Assembly: GCA_020536535.1 (NCBI GenBank)
Contig: JAHLWZ010000836.1
Location: 1 to 64,000, forward strand
Reading direction: 5' to 3'
Origin: Pelomyxa schiedti
Taxonomy: Eukaryota > Protista > Evosea
DNA: 64,000 nucleotides
Position 1 is the first letter of the stretch. Every line of letters starts with the position of its first letter. Positions 35,577-48,190 of this stretch are shown one piece after another. The notes below the pieces were generated by a model. It was not told the origin of the DNA. It made no database searches and worked only from the letters and a program-made list of their open reading frames with translations. The position numbers and the translations under genes were made by a program.

Positions 35577-35638
35577 ATCCATTTATCCAATCCATTTTTG
35601 TTGTTTGTTTGTTGTTTGGGATAAAGTGATGACCTTCT

Positions 35639-36773
35639 TTAATGGGAAGTGCTTCCGCCATCCACTGGTAAAACAGTCCCTGTTATGTAACTAGCAGCAT
35701 CAGAAGCCAAAAACAACACTGCATTGGCTATCTCCTCCACTTCACCCACTCTGCCCATGGGAATTTCCTCATTTACACGCATTCTCTCGGCGAGGAGTGC
35801 ATCAGTGGCTTTTGACTTCGGGAACAGAACCTTCTTGCTCTCTCCAGGAAGTAGGAATGACTCCCTTTCGTCGTCAGTGCATTCCTCTATCCACCGTGTG
35901 ACAAAAGTGTCACCGGGACAGACAGCATTCACTCTAATATTATCGCGTGCAAGCTGTAGTGCCATTGCTTTGGTTAGCTGAACAACAGCCCCCTTGGATG
36001 CACAGTAGGCCGCGGCGTCACCAGAGGCTGTGATTGCCCAATCCTAGGCAAAAGAGTGAATTGTTGTATTGTCAGTGGTGAGTACATACTGATGCATTGT
36101 TTACGATGGCACATTTGCAGTGTGTACGTTCTATGGTGTCGCGCATGACTGGAAGTGCCAGTTTGCTCATTCGCCATGTGCCGGTTACATTGGATTCCAT
36201 CACATTAGCCCATTCTTCTTCAGTTGTATCCTCTGCCGTTTTGAGTAGAACCACACCAGCATTGTTGAACAGAATGTGCAGTCCCCCAAACTTTTCTATG
36301 ATGACCTGGAAGCAACGCTCACAGTCCTAGTATGTGGAAGTCCACGTTAGGGCACTCTCCATCCTTTCATGAGTGACCAATAGTGCAAGGGAAAAAGCCA
36401 GCAATCTCAAATCCAAAAAAAAAAAAAAAAAGAAAAACAAAACCAAAACCAAAGCACAAGCTTGCCTGGGGTCTCTTGTGGTCAGCCTCAATGAAAAAAG
36501 ATGAATCCGGAGGCAATTCAGCCTGCAGCCTCAGGCCCAAGTCCCTGCGCCTCCCAGTGAACCCAACCCTCGCTCCACGCCTCACAAGTGCACGCACAAC
36601 AGCCTCCCCAATCCCAGATGTACCCCCTAATAGGCCAGTATTAACAACGAACGAACAACGGTTGGTGGGCCGACGAGAGTAGTAAGAGATCGGGGCCGGT
36701 GCGTGTAAGATAAATGCAAACCTGTGACCAGGCCCACCTTGCCAGAAAAGTCAGGTTCGTGGCTCGCCGCCAT
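35639..36773 (-). CDS. Short-chain dehydrogenase/reductase (classical SDR)
   Basis: LVTG|[24 protein letters not shown] (YxxxK), [39 protein letters not shown]. Confidence 0.92.
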
Positions 36774-36856
36774 CGTCCACAGCACGAAAACGCGTTCCCT
36801 AAAAGAAGAAAAACCCGAAAGCCAACGCCGAAATAATAATAATAAAAAAAGAAATC

Positions 36857-37552
36857 ATGAAGGCTGGTCTGGTGTTGGTGCTGCTGGCGGTATCAGCTGT
36901 CTCAGCATGGGAAATGAATAGCACCGCGTTGCGCTGGTCGATGGGTAACCAACTTAACGCCAACAAAAAATCGATCTAATAAACCTCAGATTCGCACTAC
37001 ATGCAATGCGGGGCGTCCTACTCTGGCAATGAGCTCGGCACTTGCTCTGACGAGACCATATGCACTGCTGGGTGTGCTATGACTAGTGTGACAAACATGA
37101 ACAAGCACTGTGGGGGAGGAAAGGACCCTGGCGAGATGAACTCCTGGCTCAAGTCCAATGGAGGATATTCTAGCGGCTGTCTCATTGTGTGGGCCAAGCC
37201 CTGTGATTTGGGAAACATGGCTGGTGGGGTATGTGTTCTTATTGGAGACAGGTGCCGACATATTAACAACCAAAATGCTAACTTTAGACTGTGACCTATT
37301 CTGCTAGCTATAACAGTATCTGCAGTGATATTAACAATGGCGTTGGATATGTAATTCAAGTACTCAGCAAGTCTCACTATGTGCTTGCCCACGACTGTGA
37401 CACAGCGTATGTTCTCTTTTTTTTTGTTATAGTTGATCTGCATTGACTTGTTCTGCAGAAAGACATCCTACAAGGTGTATGATCCTTACTACAGCACCAC
37501 AGAATATGCTCATTCTGGTGTCACTGAGTGGGTCAAGTACAAGTGTGCGTGA
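36857..37552 (+). CDS. Secreted peptidase C39-like (papain-fold) protein
   Basis: Signal peptide; ICTAGCAMTSV (Cys), SHYVL (His), VYDPY (Asp) in papain-fold order; 4 exons. Confidence 0.7.
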
Positions 37553-37802
37553 CATCCCTAAAAAGATTTGAAGTTTGTTTTTTTTCCATTCCGATTGTTG
37601 GGGCAACCCACCAAGACCAAACCACGCCTGATGGATTCCTGTAAAAAAGGGCGATGAAGTTTCCCGAACAGCATCGATTGTGGTGTGGGAATGCTACCCT
37701 TGTCGCCCCATCATGAGAACACAAGAATAGAAGGGAAAAGGGAAAAAGGTCCGGAAGCAAAAAAAAAAGTGTTTCCCGGCCAGCACTGACACAGTGGTGC
37801 AG

Positions 37803-39948
37803 TCAACCACTTACATGAATGACGTTGTCATTGAGGAGTTTGATGTGGGCAACGTTTTTGACCCTCGGTGGAATTTTTGCTTGGCTCAGAGTGGACATTT
37901 GAATGTGGGATGTCAGCGATGCGAAGGTGCCGGGCTTCACAATCATCACCAAGGGCTTCTTGATTGGGTAAAGTCTGTAGTTGTAAACTGTTTGTCTGAT
38001 GGCCTGGTCCATTTTCTCACTCAGCCCACTCACCTTTTTTTATTCATTTGAAAGTTAGTGAATGAGAACAGAGCCTCACGTTGTGGGAGAATTCAAGAAT
38101 TTGAGTACTTACTGTTTCCGTGTCAAGAGGAGAGTGCAGTTCCACATAAGCATGATACCTACTTACAGTATCGTCTTGGAAGAATGTGAAGTCTACAACG
38201 TTGGATCCAAACACAGTGGCCATTATTTTGCGAAGGTGAATCTCATTGATGTTCTCACCGAAGATGCTCAAAACGGAGCCCACTCTATACGCAAATTTTA
38301 TCTGCAAACTCAAAGAGTGAGCGAAGAATTGACAGTTGCAGGAATGGAGAAGAAAAAAGGAGTGAGAACGAACCTCTGGGCATTGACCCTCAAATCCAAC
38401 CAACTGAATGGCATCCCCAATTCGGTATCTCCACAACCCAGAGAAGTTTGTCAGAACCACTTCGTAAATGTGTCCAACAACACCCTCTTGTGGCAAAATG
38501 GCTCCACCAGTCCCCGCACATCGTTTGGCTTCTTCTTCATCCACAGGCATGAATTCAAAAAAAGCAGCATCAGCAAGAAGCCGGAATTTGTTTTCTTTGA
38601 AGGTGCTGCTTGGAGGAGGAAGTGCCATGATACATTCCGATGCTCCGTACATGAGTTCTCTGAACTGTATCCCATCTCCAAACCATCTCTCCAATTCACT
38701 GACATATCCCAGTGCTGGATTCGGAACATTGGACACAATCAAGTTGAGCCGTGGGAAAGCGTTCTGAACCCAACCAGGCATCCCTGGTGGAACTCTCGAT
38801 GCGGAGGCCCTCAACGCGGAAGCGTGAGAAGGCATTGGTGCGTGACTGAGTTGAGGAGGTGGAACTTCGCGGTGCAGAGTTCCGTGTTCCACGTCAAAGA
38901 CGAGGCTGTCCCAGTCTCGAATCATGACTGAAAAGAAGGAGTGAAGCATTCCGGCAAACGGAATTGTCAGACAAACGACGTCGCGGTAACTTCTCAAAGC
39001 CCACAAGGAGTGAAGGTACATTGCCGGTTCCACCCATTCTGCTGCCTAAAAGAAACCTCTGTCAAAGTCAATCGAATGGTTTGGAAATAAATACTTGATA
39101 GACTGCAAAAGGTGATGCTGACAGAAAAGGGATCAAGTTCTTCACTCTGAGGACTATAATGGGGCCCACTGCACCCTGAGTGATTCCTCCAGGGCTCTTT
39201 TTCACCCCCTGCTGAGTATTGATATTCATGTACAACCCCATGGACTTAGGGTTGTTACTGGCCATATAAGCGCCAGTCATACACTTGTCAACGTCAATCT
39301 TGGTTACTGGAACCAATCTCTGAGGCCCAGTTGTCCCTTTGACAAAAAAAAAAAAAAACCCAAGCATCAGTACGCCAGAAACGTAAGCATGCGGCCACTT
39401 CCCCTCGTCTCACTAATTTGAATGTGTGGTGCTAATACAAAACAGTTACCGGTTGTTGCAGTCAGCAAAGAAATAGGATCCGAGCACAAAGAGGACTTGC
39501 AGCCAGTCTGTGCCACTTTGTCAACATCCGCAGCAATGTCCGAATAAGTGCACAGTGGAATTCTGGCTCTGAATTGCTCCATCGTGCGCACACCATCGTT
39601 TGCCATCATGATTCTGTGCTTGCGGGCGAAATCGCAACCCCCGTTCGCGCAGCTTCTTCGCAGGATTGACTGCAGAAGATCCCTCTGAACTTGAACGAAG
39701 TTGGCCTGGTTCTTGACAATTTGGTGAGCAAGGCGCCGTCTGTTGGCGCGATCAACCAACTGCATGGCGATGACCTGGAAATTACAATGGCGGAGAGTCA
39801 TCCAATGCGAAAAGTTGAAACCCAAAAAGAATGGGGAAGAAAGGAAACCACTCACCCCAACGCGGAACAGAGCATTCACAACGCTTTGCCTGAAGATGAA
39901 GACCAACGAAACAACACCAAGAGCAGTCAGCACTCCACAACACACCAT
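37803..39948 (-). CDS. GH3-family amido synthetase, paralog 2
   Basis: Same exon structure and motifs as paralog 1 (YGASE, TNFSGLWRYRIGD, FGENINE). Confidence 0.85.
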
Positions 39949-40003
39949 CCGGCTTTTCCAGAATTTAGTTGTTTTTACACTGAAAACTCGACGCGATCTG
40001 GCT

Positions 40004-40070
40004 GGAATAAAATAATCAACAGACCGGAACGCTGTACTTTTCGTTTGGATCGGCGGTCTGGGGTTTTTTC
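40004..40070. repeat. Dispersed ~78-bp element, diverged copy
   Basis: GAATAAAATAATCAA-CAGACCGGAACGCTGT...GGATCGGCGGTCTGG-TTTTTT matches the copies at 42312 and 60893. Confidence 0.75.
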
Positions 40071-40205
40071 AGCCATCTTTTGATTGAACCGTTGTTGAAA
40101 GTGAGGAATCTCCGGCCTCGCGGAACTACATTCAGAAGAAAATCACTTTCGAGAAGGCTACTTTAAGTATGTTTCCCGAACAGCAGTGATTGTGTTGTGG
40201 TGCAG

Positions 40206-42302
40206 TCAACCACTTACATGAATGACGTTGTCATTGAGGAGTTTGATGTGGGCAGCGTTTTTGACCCTCGGCGGAATTTTTGCTTGACTCAGAGTGGACA
40301 TTTGAATGTGGGATGCCAGTGACGCAAACGTGCCGGGCTTCACAATCATCACCAAGGGCTTCTTGATTGGGTAAAGTCTGCAGTTGTAAACGGTTTGTCT
40401 GATGGCCTGGTCCATTTTCTCACTCAGTCCACTCGCCTTGTTTTGTTTGTTGTGGAACGTTATCATTGGATGAATTGGAAGTTCAGTTGCTTACTGCTTC
40501 AGTGTCAAGAGGAGAGTTCAGTTCAACATAAGCATGATACCGGCTCGCAGTATCATCTTGGAAGAATGTGAAGTCTACAACGTTGGAACCAAACACAGTG
40601 GCCATTATTTTGCGAAGGTGAATCTCATTGATGTTCTCACCGAAGATGCTCAAAACGGAGCCCACTCTATACGCAAATTTTATCTGCAAACCCAAAGAGT
40701 GAGCGAGGAATTGACAGTTGCAGGAAAAAAAAAAGGATGAAGGATGAATGGAGAAGAAAAAAGGAGTGAGAACGAACCTCTGGGCATTGACCCTCAAATC
40801 CAACCAACTGAATGGCATCCCCAATGCGGTATCTCCACAACCCAGAGAAATTTGTCAAAACCACTTCGTAAATGTGTCCAACAGCACCCTCTTGTGGCAA
40901 AATGGCTCCACCAGTCCCCGCACATCGTTTGGCTTCTTCTTCATCCACAGGCATGAATTCAAAAAAAGCAGCATCAGCAAGAAGCCGGAATTTGTTTTCT
41001 TTGAAGGTGCTGCTTGGAGGAGGAAGTGCCATGATACATTCCGATGCTCCGTACATGAGTTCTCTGAACTGTATCCCATCTCCAAACCATCTCTCCAATT
41101 CACTGACATATCCCAGTGCTGGATTCGGAACATTGGACACAATCAAGTTGAGCCGTGGGAAAGCGTTCTGAACCCAACCAGGCATCCCTGGTGGAACTCT
41201 CGAGGCGGAGGCCTCAACGCGGAAGCGTGAGAGGGAATTGGTGCGTGACTGAGTTGAGGAGGTGGAACTTCGCGGTGCAGAGTTCCGTGTTCCACGTCAA
41301 AGATGAGGCTGTCCCAGTCTCGAATCATGACTGAAAAGAAGGAGTGAAGCATTCCGGCAAATGGAATTGAAAGACAAACGACGTCGCGGTAACTTCTCAA
41401 AGCCCACAAGGAGTGAAGGTACATTGCCGGTTCCACCCATTCTGCTGCCTTAAATACGACTCTGTCAAAGTCAATCGAATGGTTTGGAAATAAATACTTG
41501 ATAGACTGCAAAAGGTGATGCTGACACAAATGGAAGCCTGTGTCTTCTCTTGAAAACAGTTATTGGGCCCACTGCACCCTGAGTGATTCCTCCAGGGCTC
41601 TTTTTCACCCCCTGCTGGGTGTTGACAGTCAAGCACAGCCCCATGGACTTAGAGTTATAGATTGACACATACGTTGCAGTGATCCACTTGTCGATGTCAA
41701 TCTTGGTTACTGGAACCAATCTCTGAAGCCCAGTTGTTCCTTGATAAGAACATAAGTAAGACAGCAATATAAATGCGTGTCGGCCTTCCAGCAACACCCA
41801 CCGGTTGTTGCAGTCAGCAAAGAAACAGGATCCGAGCACAAAGAGGACTTGCAGCCAGTCTGTGCCACTTTGTCAACATCCGCAGCAATGTCCGAATAAG
41901 TGCACAGTGGAATTCTGGCTCTGAATTGCTCCATCGTGCGCACACCATCGTTTGCCATCATGATTCTGTGCTTGCGGGCGAAATCGCAACCCCCGTTCGC
42001 GCAGCTTCTTCGCAGGATTGACTGCAGAAGATCCCTCTGAACTTGAACGAAGTTGGCCTGGTTCTTGACAATTTGGTGAGCAAGGCGCCGTCTGTTGGCA
42101 CGGTCCAGCGACTGTATGGCGAATACCTGACAAGACAAAAAAAATAAGCAGTGACAGTTACCAAGGCGAATAAACCGCGAAAAGAAAGTACCAGAAGAAA
42201 CCACTCACCCCAACGCGGAACAGAGCCACGCACAACGCTTTGTCTGAAGATGAAGCACAACAAAACAACACCAAGAGCAGTCAGCACTCCACAACACACC
42301 AT
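40206..42302 (-). CDS. GH3-family amido synthetase, paralog 3 (1-bp deletion near 41212: pseudogene or assembly error)
   Basis: Tandem duplicate of paralog 2 including intron sequence; plus-strand GGCCCTC (38806-38812) is GGCCTC here, shifting the frame. Confidence 0.75.
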
Positions 42303-42311
42303 CCCGTAAAT

Positions 42312-42392
42312 GGCGGAATAAAATAATCAATGGACCGGAACGCTGTCGTTATCGTCGCTCAGGATGGGCGGTCTGGTTTTTTTTTTATTCCC
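42312..42392. repeat. Dispersed palindromic ~78-bp element
   Basis: Inverted ends GGAATAAAA (42315-42323)/TTTTATTCC (42383-42391); internal GACCG/CGGTC; core CGTTATCGTCGCTCAGGATGGGCGGTCTGGT nearly identical to the 60.9-kb copy. Confidence 0.8.
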
Positions 42393-42630
42393 ACTAGGCT
42401 TTTTTCTTTTCTAGATTTTGATGTTTGGAAACAACCCGAACTGATTCCGTGCCTTCATAAGGTGGTGAACAACACCATCGTAGTGTCTCACACTTGCATT
42501 GCTCAGATCAGCATCACTCCAGGCATGCAAGCAGAATTTACGGAGAAACGCCCAAGTTTGCCGCAAACACCCAAGTTGGTTTACTAACTACGGTAGTTCG
42601 TGGTAAGAAACGCAACTTAAAAGCCACCAA

Positions 42631-44885
42631 ATGGCAACGGATGCCCGTTTGTGCCCCATCTGCGGGCGAGCGTTTTTCCACACCGGAGGGTGCCAGCCCT
42701 TGGCCTGGCCCGCCTGCGGCCACCACGCGTGCACGTGCTGCGCCGTGGCGATGGCCCACACAGCCCTCCTTGCCTCCCTCCCGCGTCCCCCACCGCGTCT
42801 CGTCTCTGCGGCCGCCGCGACGCCCACTATCCCTTCTGCGTCGGCCTCTGCTTCTGTTTCCTTTGTCATTCATTGCCCGCAGTGCAATGGAGGTGCGAAG
42901 CTCACCGTTGACGACATTTCGTCATCAAGGTAATGGGAGATTAGTAATTATGGGTGGGGGTCAGACTGTTGCCGCACTATCTCTATCTCATTAAGCAGTT
43001 AGCACAAAATTAACTCTTAGGTAGGTGCGTCGAAGAGGCTGTTGTGGCGGTGCTGAAAACAGATAGCAGTCTTTTACAGGAGAGCGAGGCCTTGAGGGCG
43101 CCACAGCTCGAAGCGGAATCGCCCCTGTGTGCCGCAGAGTGCGGAAAGAAGGCCACATTCTTATGCGTTCAGTGCAACAATGCGCCGCTGTGCGAGGAGT
43201 GCTTCCCGGGATTGCACAAGTTCCAGTTCCAGAAGGGCCACACCAAGAAGAGCATCGGTGAGATGGCGGCGATAAGAGACGCGGAGAGGGTCCTCAACAC
43301 ATCCAATTGCAGGGAGCACTTTCAGCCGCTCACCATTTTCTGCACACAATGCGATACTCTGAGCTGTGTTGTGTGTGGGCAGTTTGGGAAGCACAGAGAT
43401 CACTCTGCCAAGTGCGTGCCTGTGGTCGAAATGAAGGAGAAGTTGATGGCGAAGTTGACCACAGTTTTGGATCAGTGTACAGCTTTGCAAAAGCGGATGA
43501 ATGCTTCGGAGCAAGAAATAAGCCTTAAGTGCACAACTCTCGCTCAGAATTCTGGAGAAGTGGAGAAGTGTATCAACGCGTTTTTCGATTCATTGTTGGA
43601 GGACATTCAAAGAAGGAGGAATCAGCTACTCACACAGCTGAATCTTCTGCACTCCATCTCCTCAGAAAACCTAGAGATTCAGAGGCTCTCAACAAAAACT
43701 GCCAGGGAGTTCCTCCAGGCCCTGGCCCAGCAGAAACCACAAGCAGGGGAAACCTCTCCGAAAAATTCTTCGCCCCCTTCACCCGGTAGTGCACTTCCAA
43801 CCAGTGCTGATGCCGTTGTTGTTCTTCAAACCGAGGAACGAATCCAAGTTCTTCAGAACATCCTGAAAAGGCTCTCAGCCGAGAGCCTTGACCTCTCCCC
43901 GTGTTGTTCGCCAGTGTGGAAGTGGGAAGTGGATGACAGTTTGCTTAAGTCCCTCCAGAATATGTGCATCACAACAAATATTCCAGTGAGCAAAGGTACT
44001 ACAGTTCAAACTGTTGTGACCCAAAGTACCCCTGCGTTTTCAATCACGTTCACAACACTCAATGGGCACAACCAGGTTCCACCAACTACAGTTGACTACA
44101 CTTCTCCATATCAGAAGAGTGTCATACTGTCGGGTGGGATTCAAAAGTGGGTCGTTCCATCAAGTGGAAAGTACAAGATCACCGCCGTTGGTCCGAGTGG
44201 TGGAAATAGTGCCTACTTTCATACTACGGGGGGCCTTGGTGCTGCCGCTGTATCAGTGGTGGAACTGAACGAGGGGACTATCGTCAACATTCTGGTTGGG
44301 CAAGAAGGCGAGGGAGACAAGAGCACAGGGGGAGGAGGGGGAGGTACGTTCATTTGGGAGGCGAACGGAGACGAGGGGCCCCTCGTTTGTGCCGGAGGTG
44401 GTGGTGGTGCAGTACAGACGGCAGGCAAGGATGCCAGTGTGACACCAGACGGGACACACGGGAATGGGCTGACATCTGGGGGTGGCGTGAATGGCGGCGG
44501 TGGAACACCAAGCGACCCTCGCCAGCGGGCAGGGGGAGGAGCTGGCTGGCTATCCGATGGCTGCCAAGGGGAAGGGTACACCATCAAAGCCGGGGGTGGT
44601 GTGTCCCCACTGCGAGGTGGTGGGGGTGGCACCTTCGGGGGGACCCAAGAGCGTGTTGGCAGCGGTGGGTTCGGCGGCGGTGGTGGAGGGCAGGGCCAGG
44701 GGGTAGCCCTTGGGGGCGGTGGGGGTGGCGGATACAGCGGCGGGGGGCCCGGGGCTCCCAATGGTTCACTGTTCCTGGGTGGGGGCGGTGGGGGTTCCTT
44801 CTGCAGTACCAAATGTCAGCAGACACACATGACAGTGTCCCAATCCAGAGGAAATGGCTCCGTCACCATCGAGAACCTAGCCTGA
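42631..44885 (+). CDS. TRIM-like RING-Bbox1-Bbox2-coiled coil protein with ALK/LTK-type glycine-rich domain
   Basis: RING CPIC...CGHHACTCC...CPQC; B-boxes CAAEC..CVQC..CEEC..H and CREH..CTQC..CVVC..H; coiled coil; GIQKWVVPSSGKYKITAVG.SGG..GG.GA..ILVGQ.G..GGGGGTF..AGGGGG; one intron (42930-43024). Confidence 0.85.
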
Positions 44886-44937
44886 GTCACCAGGTGACCA
44901 CCAAAATTATGCATAATTTTTGTTTTTCCTCATTTTG

Positions 44938-45891
44938 ATGGTGTCGGTGCCCGGGAGTAGTAAACGGCGGTACGTGAACTATGCACAACACTCGGGATCA
45001 GTAGATGTGCTACGAGAGCTCCATTCTTCTTCGACCTTACCTCCATACGACGTAATTTGCCTGTTTTTTTTTTTTTTTTGTTTTTTTGTTTCGTTGTAGT
45101 GTATTCTTACTTTGCAAGGGCAGGATGGTTGAGCAGCTTGCATTGGCTGTAAACCATTGTTCCACTTCCACTTCTCCCTCGTCTGCGCACGACTCTGCGT
45201 CACCGACTCTTGACGAGTCGGATACTCCCAACTTGGTTGGGCAGTTGGCGGCGGCTCGCTCCTACCGCTGTGCCATGGCATACTTGTGTGTAATCTTCTA
45301 TTATTATGATAAAGTACTCTATCCAAAGCTAGTTTCACTTTATCTTGTTTTAATCAATATGTGTTGTTTTCTGCTCCCTATATCATGATAAGAGAGACAA
45401 TAGAAAAAGAATTCTATTATGCGCGTGCTGAACAATTTTGTAGGACAGCAAGATTGGACAAAATTCGCCAAATGAGATGGGAAGTGGGCTCAGCACTGCC
45501 AGATCAATTACGGGAGAGAATGTCACCGCAGGAACTTTCGTTCCACATGGGTTACTGCCGACTCCTTGCCGATTACATGGCTTCTATAGGCATGGACCTC
45601 ACAATGGTACAGAAACACACGGTCATGCAAACCCTAATCCCTACCTAATAGGACCTTTCTCACCCACCTGTAAGTAATGATGACATTTACGTCGAGATTC
45701 GAGGTACCCCTCAAGCAAGTGAAAGCAATACCACTTCCACTTCAGCCGAAGGCGACCCTTCTTCAGCCGTGGAAGTAGTCACAGAAACAGGAACCATTGT
45801 TTTGGACAACAGAATGCAGTTTGTAAAAAGGTGCCCGACTGTGGATTCCCTCATCAAGCAAGGCCTTATTGCACACGTACCCCATTCTTAG
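44938..45891 (+). CDS. GINS1: GINS complex subunit Psf1
   Basis: VLRELHSSSTLPPYD, RCAMAYL, RLDKIRQMRWEVGSALP, SPQELSF..Y..LLADY, DL.PP...YVEIR, EVVTETGTI. Confidence 0.85.
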
Positions 45892-45941
45892 TTACATAAG
45901 AATGAAAGAATCATCAAGAAAAATTTTGTTTGTTTAACAAA

Positions 45942-47970
45942 TCAAGGCTTCTTTACTGTTACGTGTGTGATGGAGGAAGGGGCATGGGGTTTGAAAACAC
46001 TGTAGGAAAAGTCCATGGGGAACGAGCCTGGGTTTGCGAACCAAGATTCTTCAACTTGGTGGGAGTATTGCATGCATTGGTCTCCAATCACGGTCTGAGT
46101 GGTGAAAGTTAATGACAGTCAAAGGAAATGTGGGGCTTACCAGGTGTGGGAGTGGGAAAAGGAAAAAGGCATGCTCAAGGGTCCAGTGAATTGGCCGAAC
46201 GAGTGTTGAAAGAGGGCACAGATGTGCTTGTGAGGCCAGTGTCTTTGCAAGCTGGAATTGGAGAATGTTAGACACGAATTGAAATTGGGATTACCATAAG
46301 GGATGGTGGCACGGCGTCAGAAGTGCTATACGGAGTAATGTTGTTTCTAAATAAGGAGCTGAGAAGGTCCTGACGGAATACCACTATTTCTTGCGTGCAG
46401 TACCGTATTCTATAATTATGTTATACACGAGGTTATGGAAAGCAGTAATACCTTGCTGGATTTGTGGGAAAAGAAACTTTCTCCAGTACTGTTGTTAAAG
46501 GTTCAATCAGGCACGTTGGAAGTGGAGGATAAGGTAAAGTTCTGTTGAGATTTCCACAAGGATCGTTGGGGCCTGGAACAAAAACGAACCTGGATCGCGA
46601 AGGGAGAAAAAAATCTCAGAACAGTCAAAAAGACTACCCTACCTGGTAGTTTGACAGATCGACGAATGTTGACTGAGCATATTCGCCAGGGAATTGAATA
46701 GACCTAGTACATGACTGTAGTCACTTCCACCTCCGTAAGGCCGACTGAGAAAATTTCCAAGCATAACAATCATATCAGGAGGGGAGTCATCACACCCAGA
46801 AAGGAGTGTATCAAGATTTGCCATTACCTTTGGAGTAAGACGGGTTACTTCAGGGGAAAAAGACTGCAAATGGTAAGTACTTGGGAGTTATCTATCCACA
46901 CGTCAGACAAAAAGAAAATTCTGGCCTCCGGGTTTTCCTCTTCATATTGCTTCAGTTGTGACTGGAAGAAGTGTCAAACATTGGTTTTGGGTGTGGAAGA
47001 CCAACCATTATTTGCGAATTAGGACACGCCCCAAACAAATCTATACCTCCAAGTGAAGCAAGGCTGGCATCGCGGTGCTCAGGCGGTGGTTGTGCCAACG
47101 CATTTACTACAAACACGCTTTCTTTCATTTGCCCCTCTGCAAGTACAATGGAGTTTTCAGTGAATACTGACTGCTCTGGCACGAGCATCTGGCATCAATG
47201 TGAACCAAATAGGAATAAGGGTTTCTTTACACACTGCATTTGTGATGTCTATTGGTACTAGTGATGAAGAACTTTCAAGGTGAAGTTGACCGCCACGTAA
47301 ACGGCTGAGAACACCAAGCACAACTGATGTAGATGACGTACCAAGAAGAGACTCCAAGGCTGTCAACTAGAAATCGGTCAGACTTTGGAGGAGCACATTG
47401 TGTGGGGTGACTTTTAGGAGGAAAGGCATCTGACAGGAGTAGTGGCAAATTTGGGACTTCGAAGCTGTCTTTGATGAATGACATTGTAACGTCGATCAAA
47501 CACAGTCAACTTATCTTGAGCAGTACCGAAAATCGATGATGGCTTCGTCACACTGTGTGATGGTGAGAAATGGAGGGTTTTTTTAGGGGTGCACCGACGT
47601 TGTGAATCCATGCTTGGCAGGATTGAATTCAAACTTGGGCATATCGTTAACAGTCAAAACAGTAAACAGGCTCTCAGTAATGGATTGAGCCGCGCTGCTG
47701 ACTTTGGAAATCCAAGTTGCTGCCAAACTTTCATCCACGACTGCACTCTTCGCTTTCGGAACGTAAAAAGCGAGACCCAAAAGAAAACGAGAAAGTAAAA
47801 GACTCACGGGGTTCATCTTGGAGGAAATCGGCGATAGCGTCGTACGAGTCCGGCGACGAAACTAAATGCGCAGCTAGAACCGCAGCCGCCTTTGGCGTAA
47901 CATTAAGTCCCAACAACTTGAACTGAGCCGCCACACGCTCCGGTGTCCATTTCACCACCCCACCCAGCAT
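45942..47970 (-). CDS. POLE2: DNA polymerase epsilon subunit 2
   Basis: N-terminal FKLLGL; FTENSIVLAEG; IVMLGNF; FVFVPGPNDP; QAHLCPL..PIHW..EHA..FPLP; NPGSF. Confidence 0.88.
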
Positions 47971-48190
47971 CCCAGATCCAAAGACAACAAAAAAATGAAG
48001 ATCACAGGAAGAAGCTCTGGGACTCATTTATTTCGATGTTCGTGAGGCCATGAGGCGATTTCATACAACTCTTGACACCATATAATGCCGGATCGAAGGA
48101 GACCCACTCATCTGAATCTGCAATCTACAAATTGTTTTTTTCTCTCAACAAACGCCCGTTTGTTGTGTCGGTGGTGTTGTGGTGTCGAAG

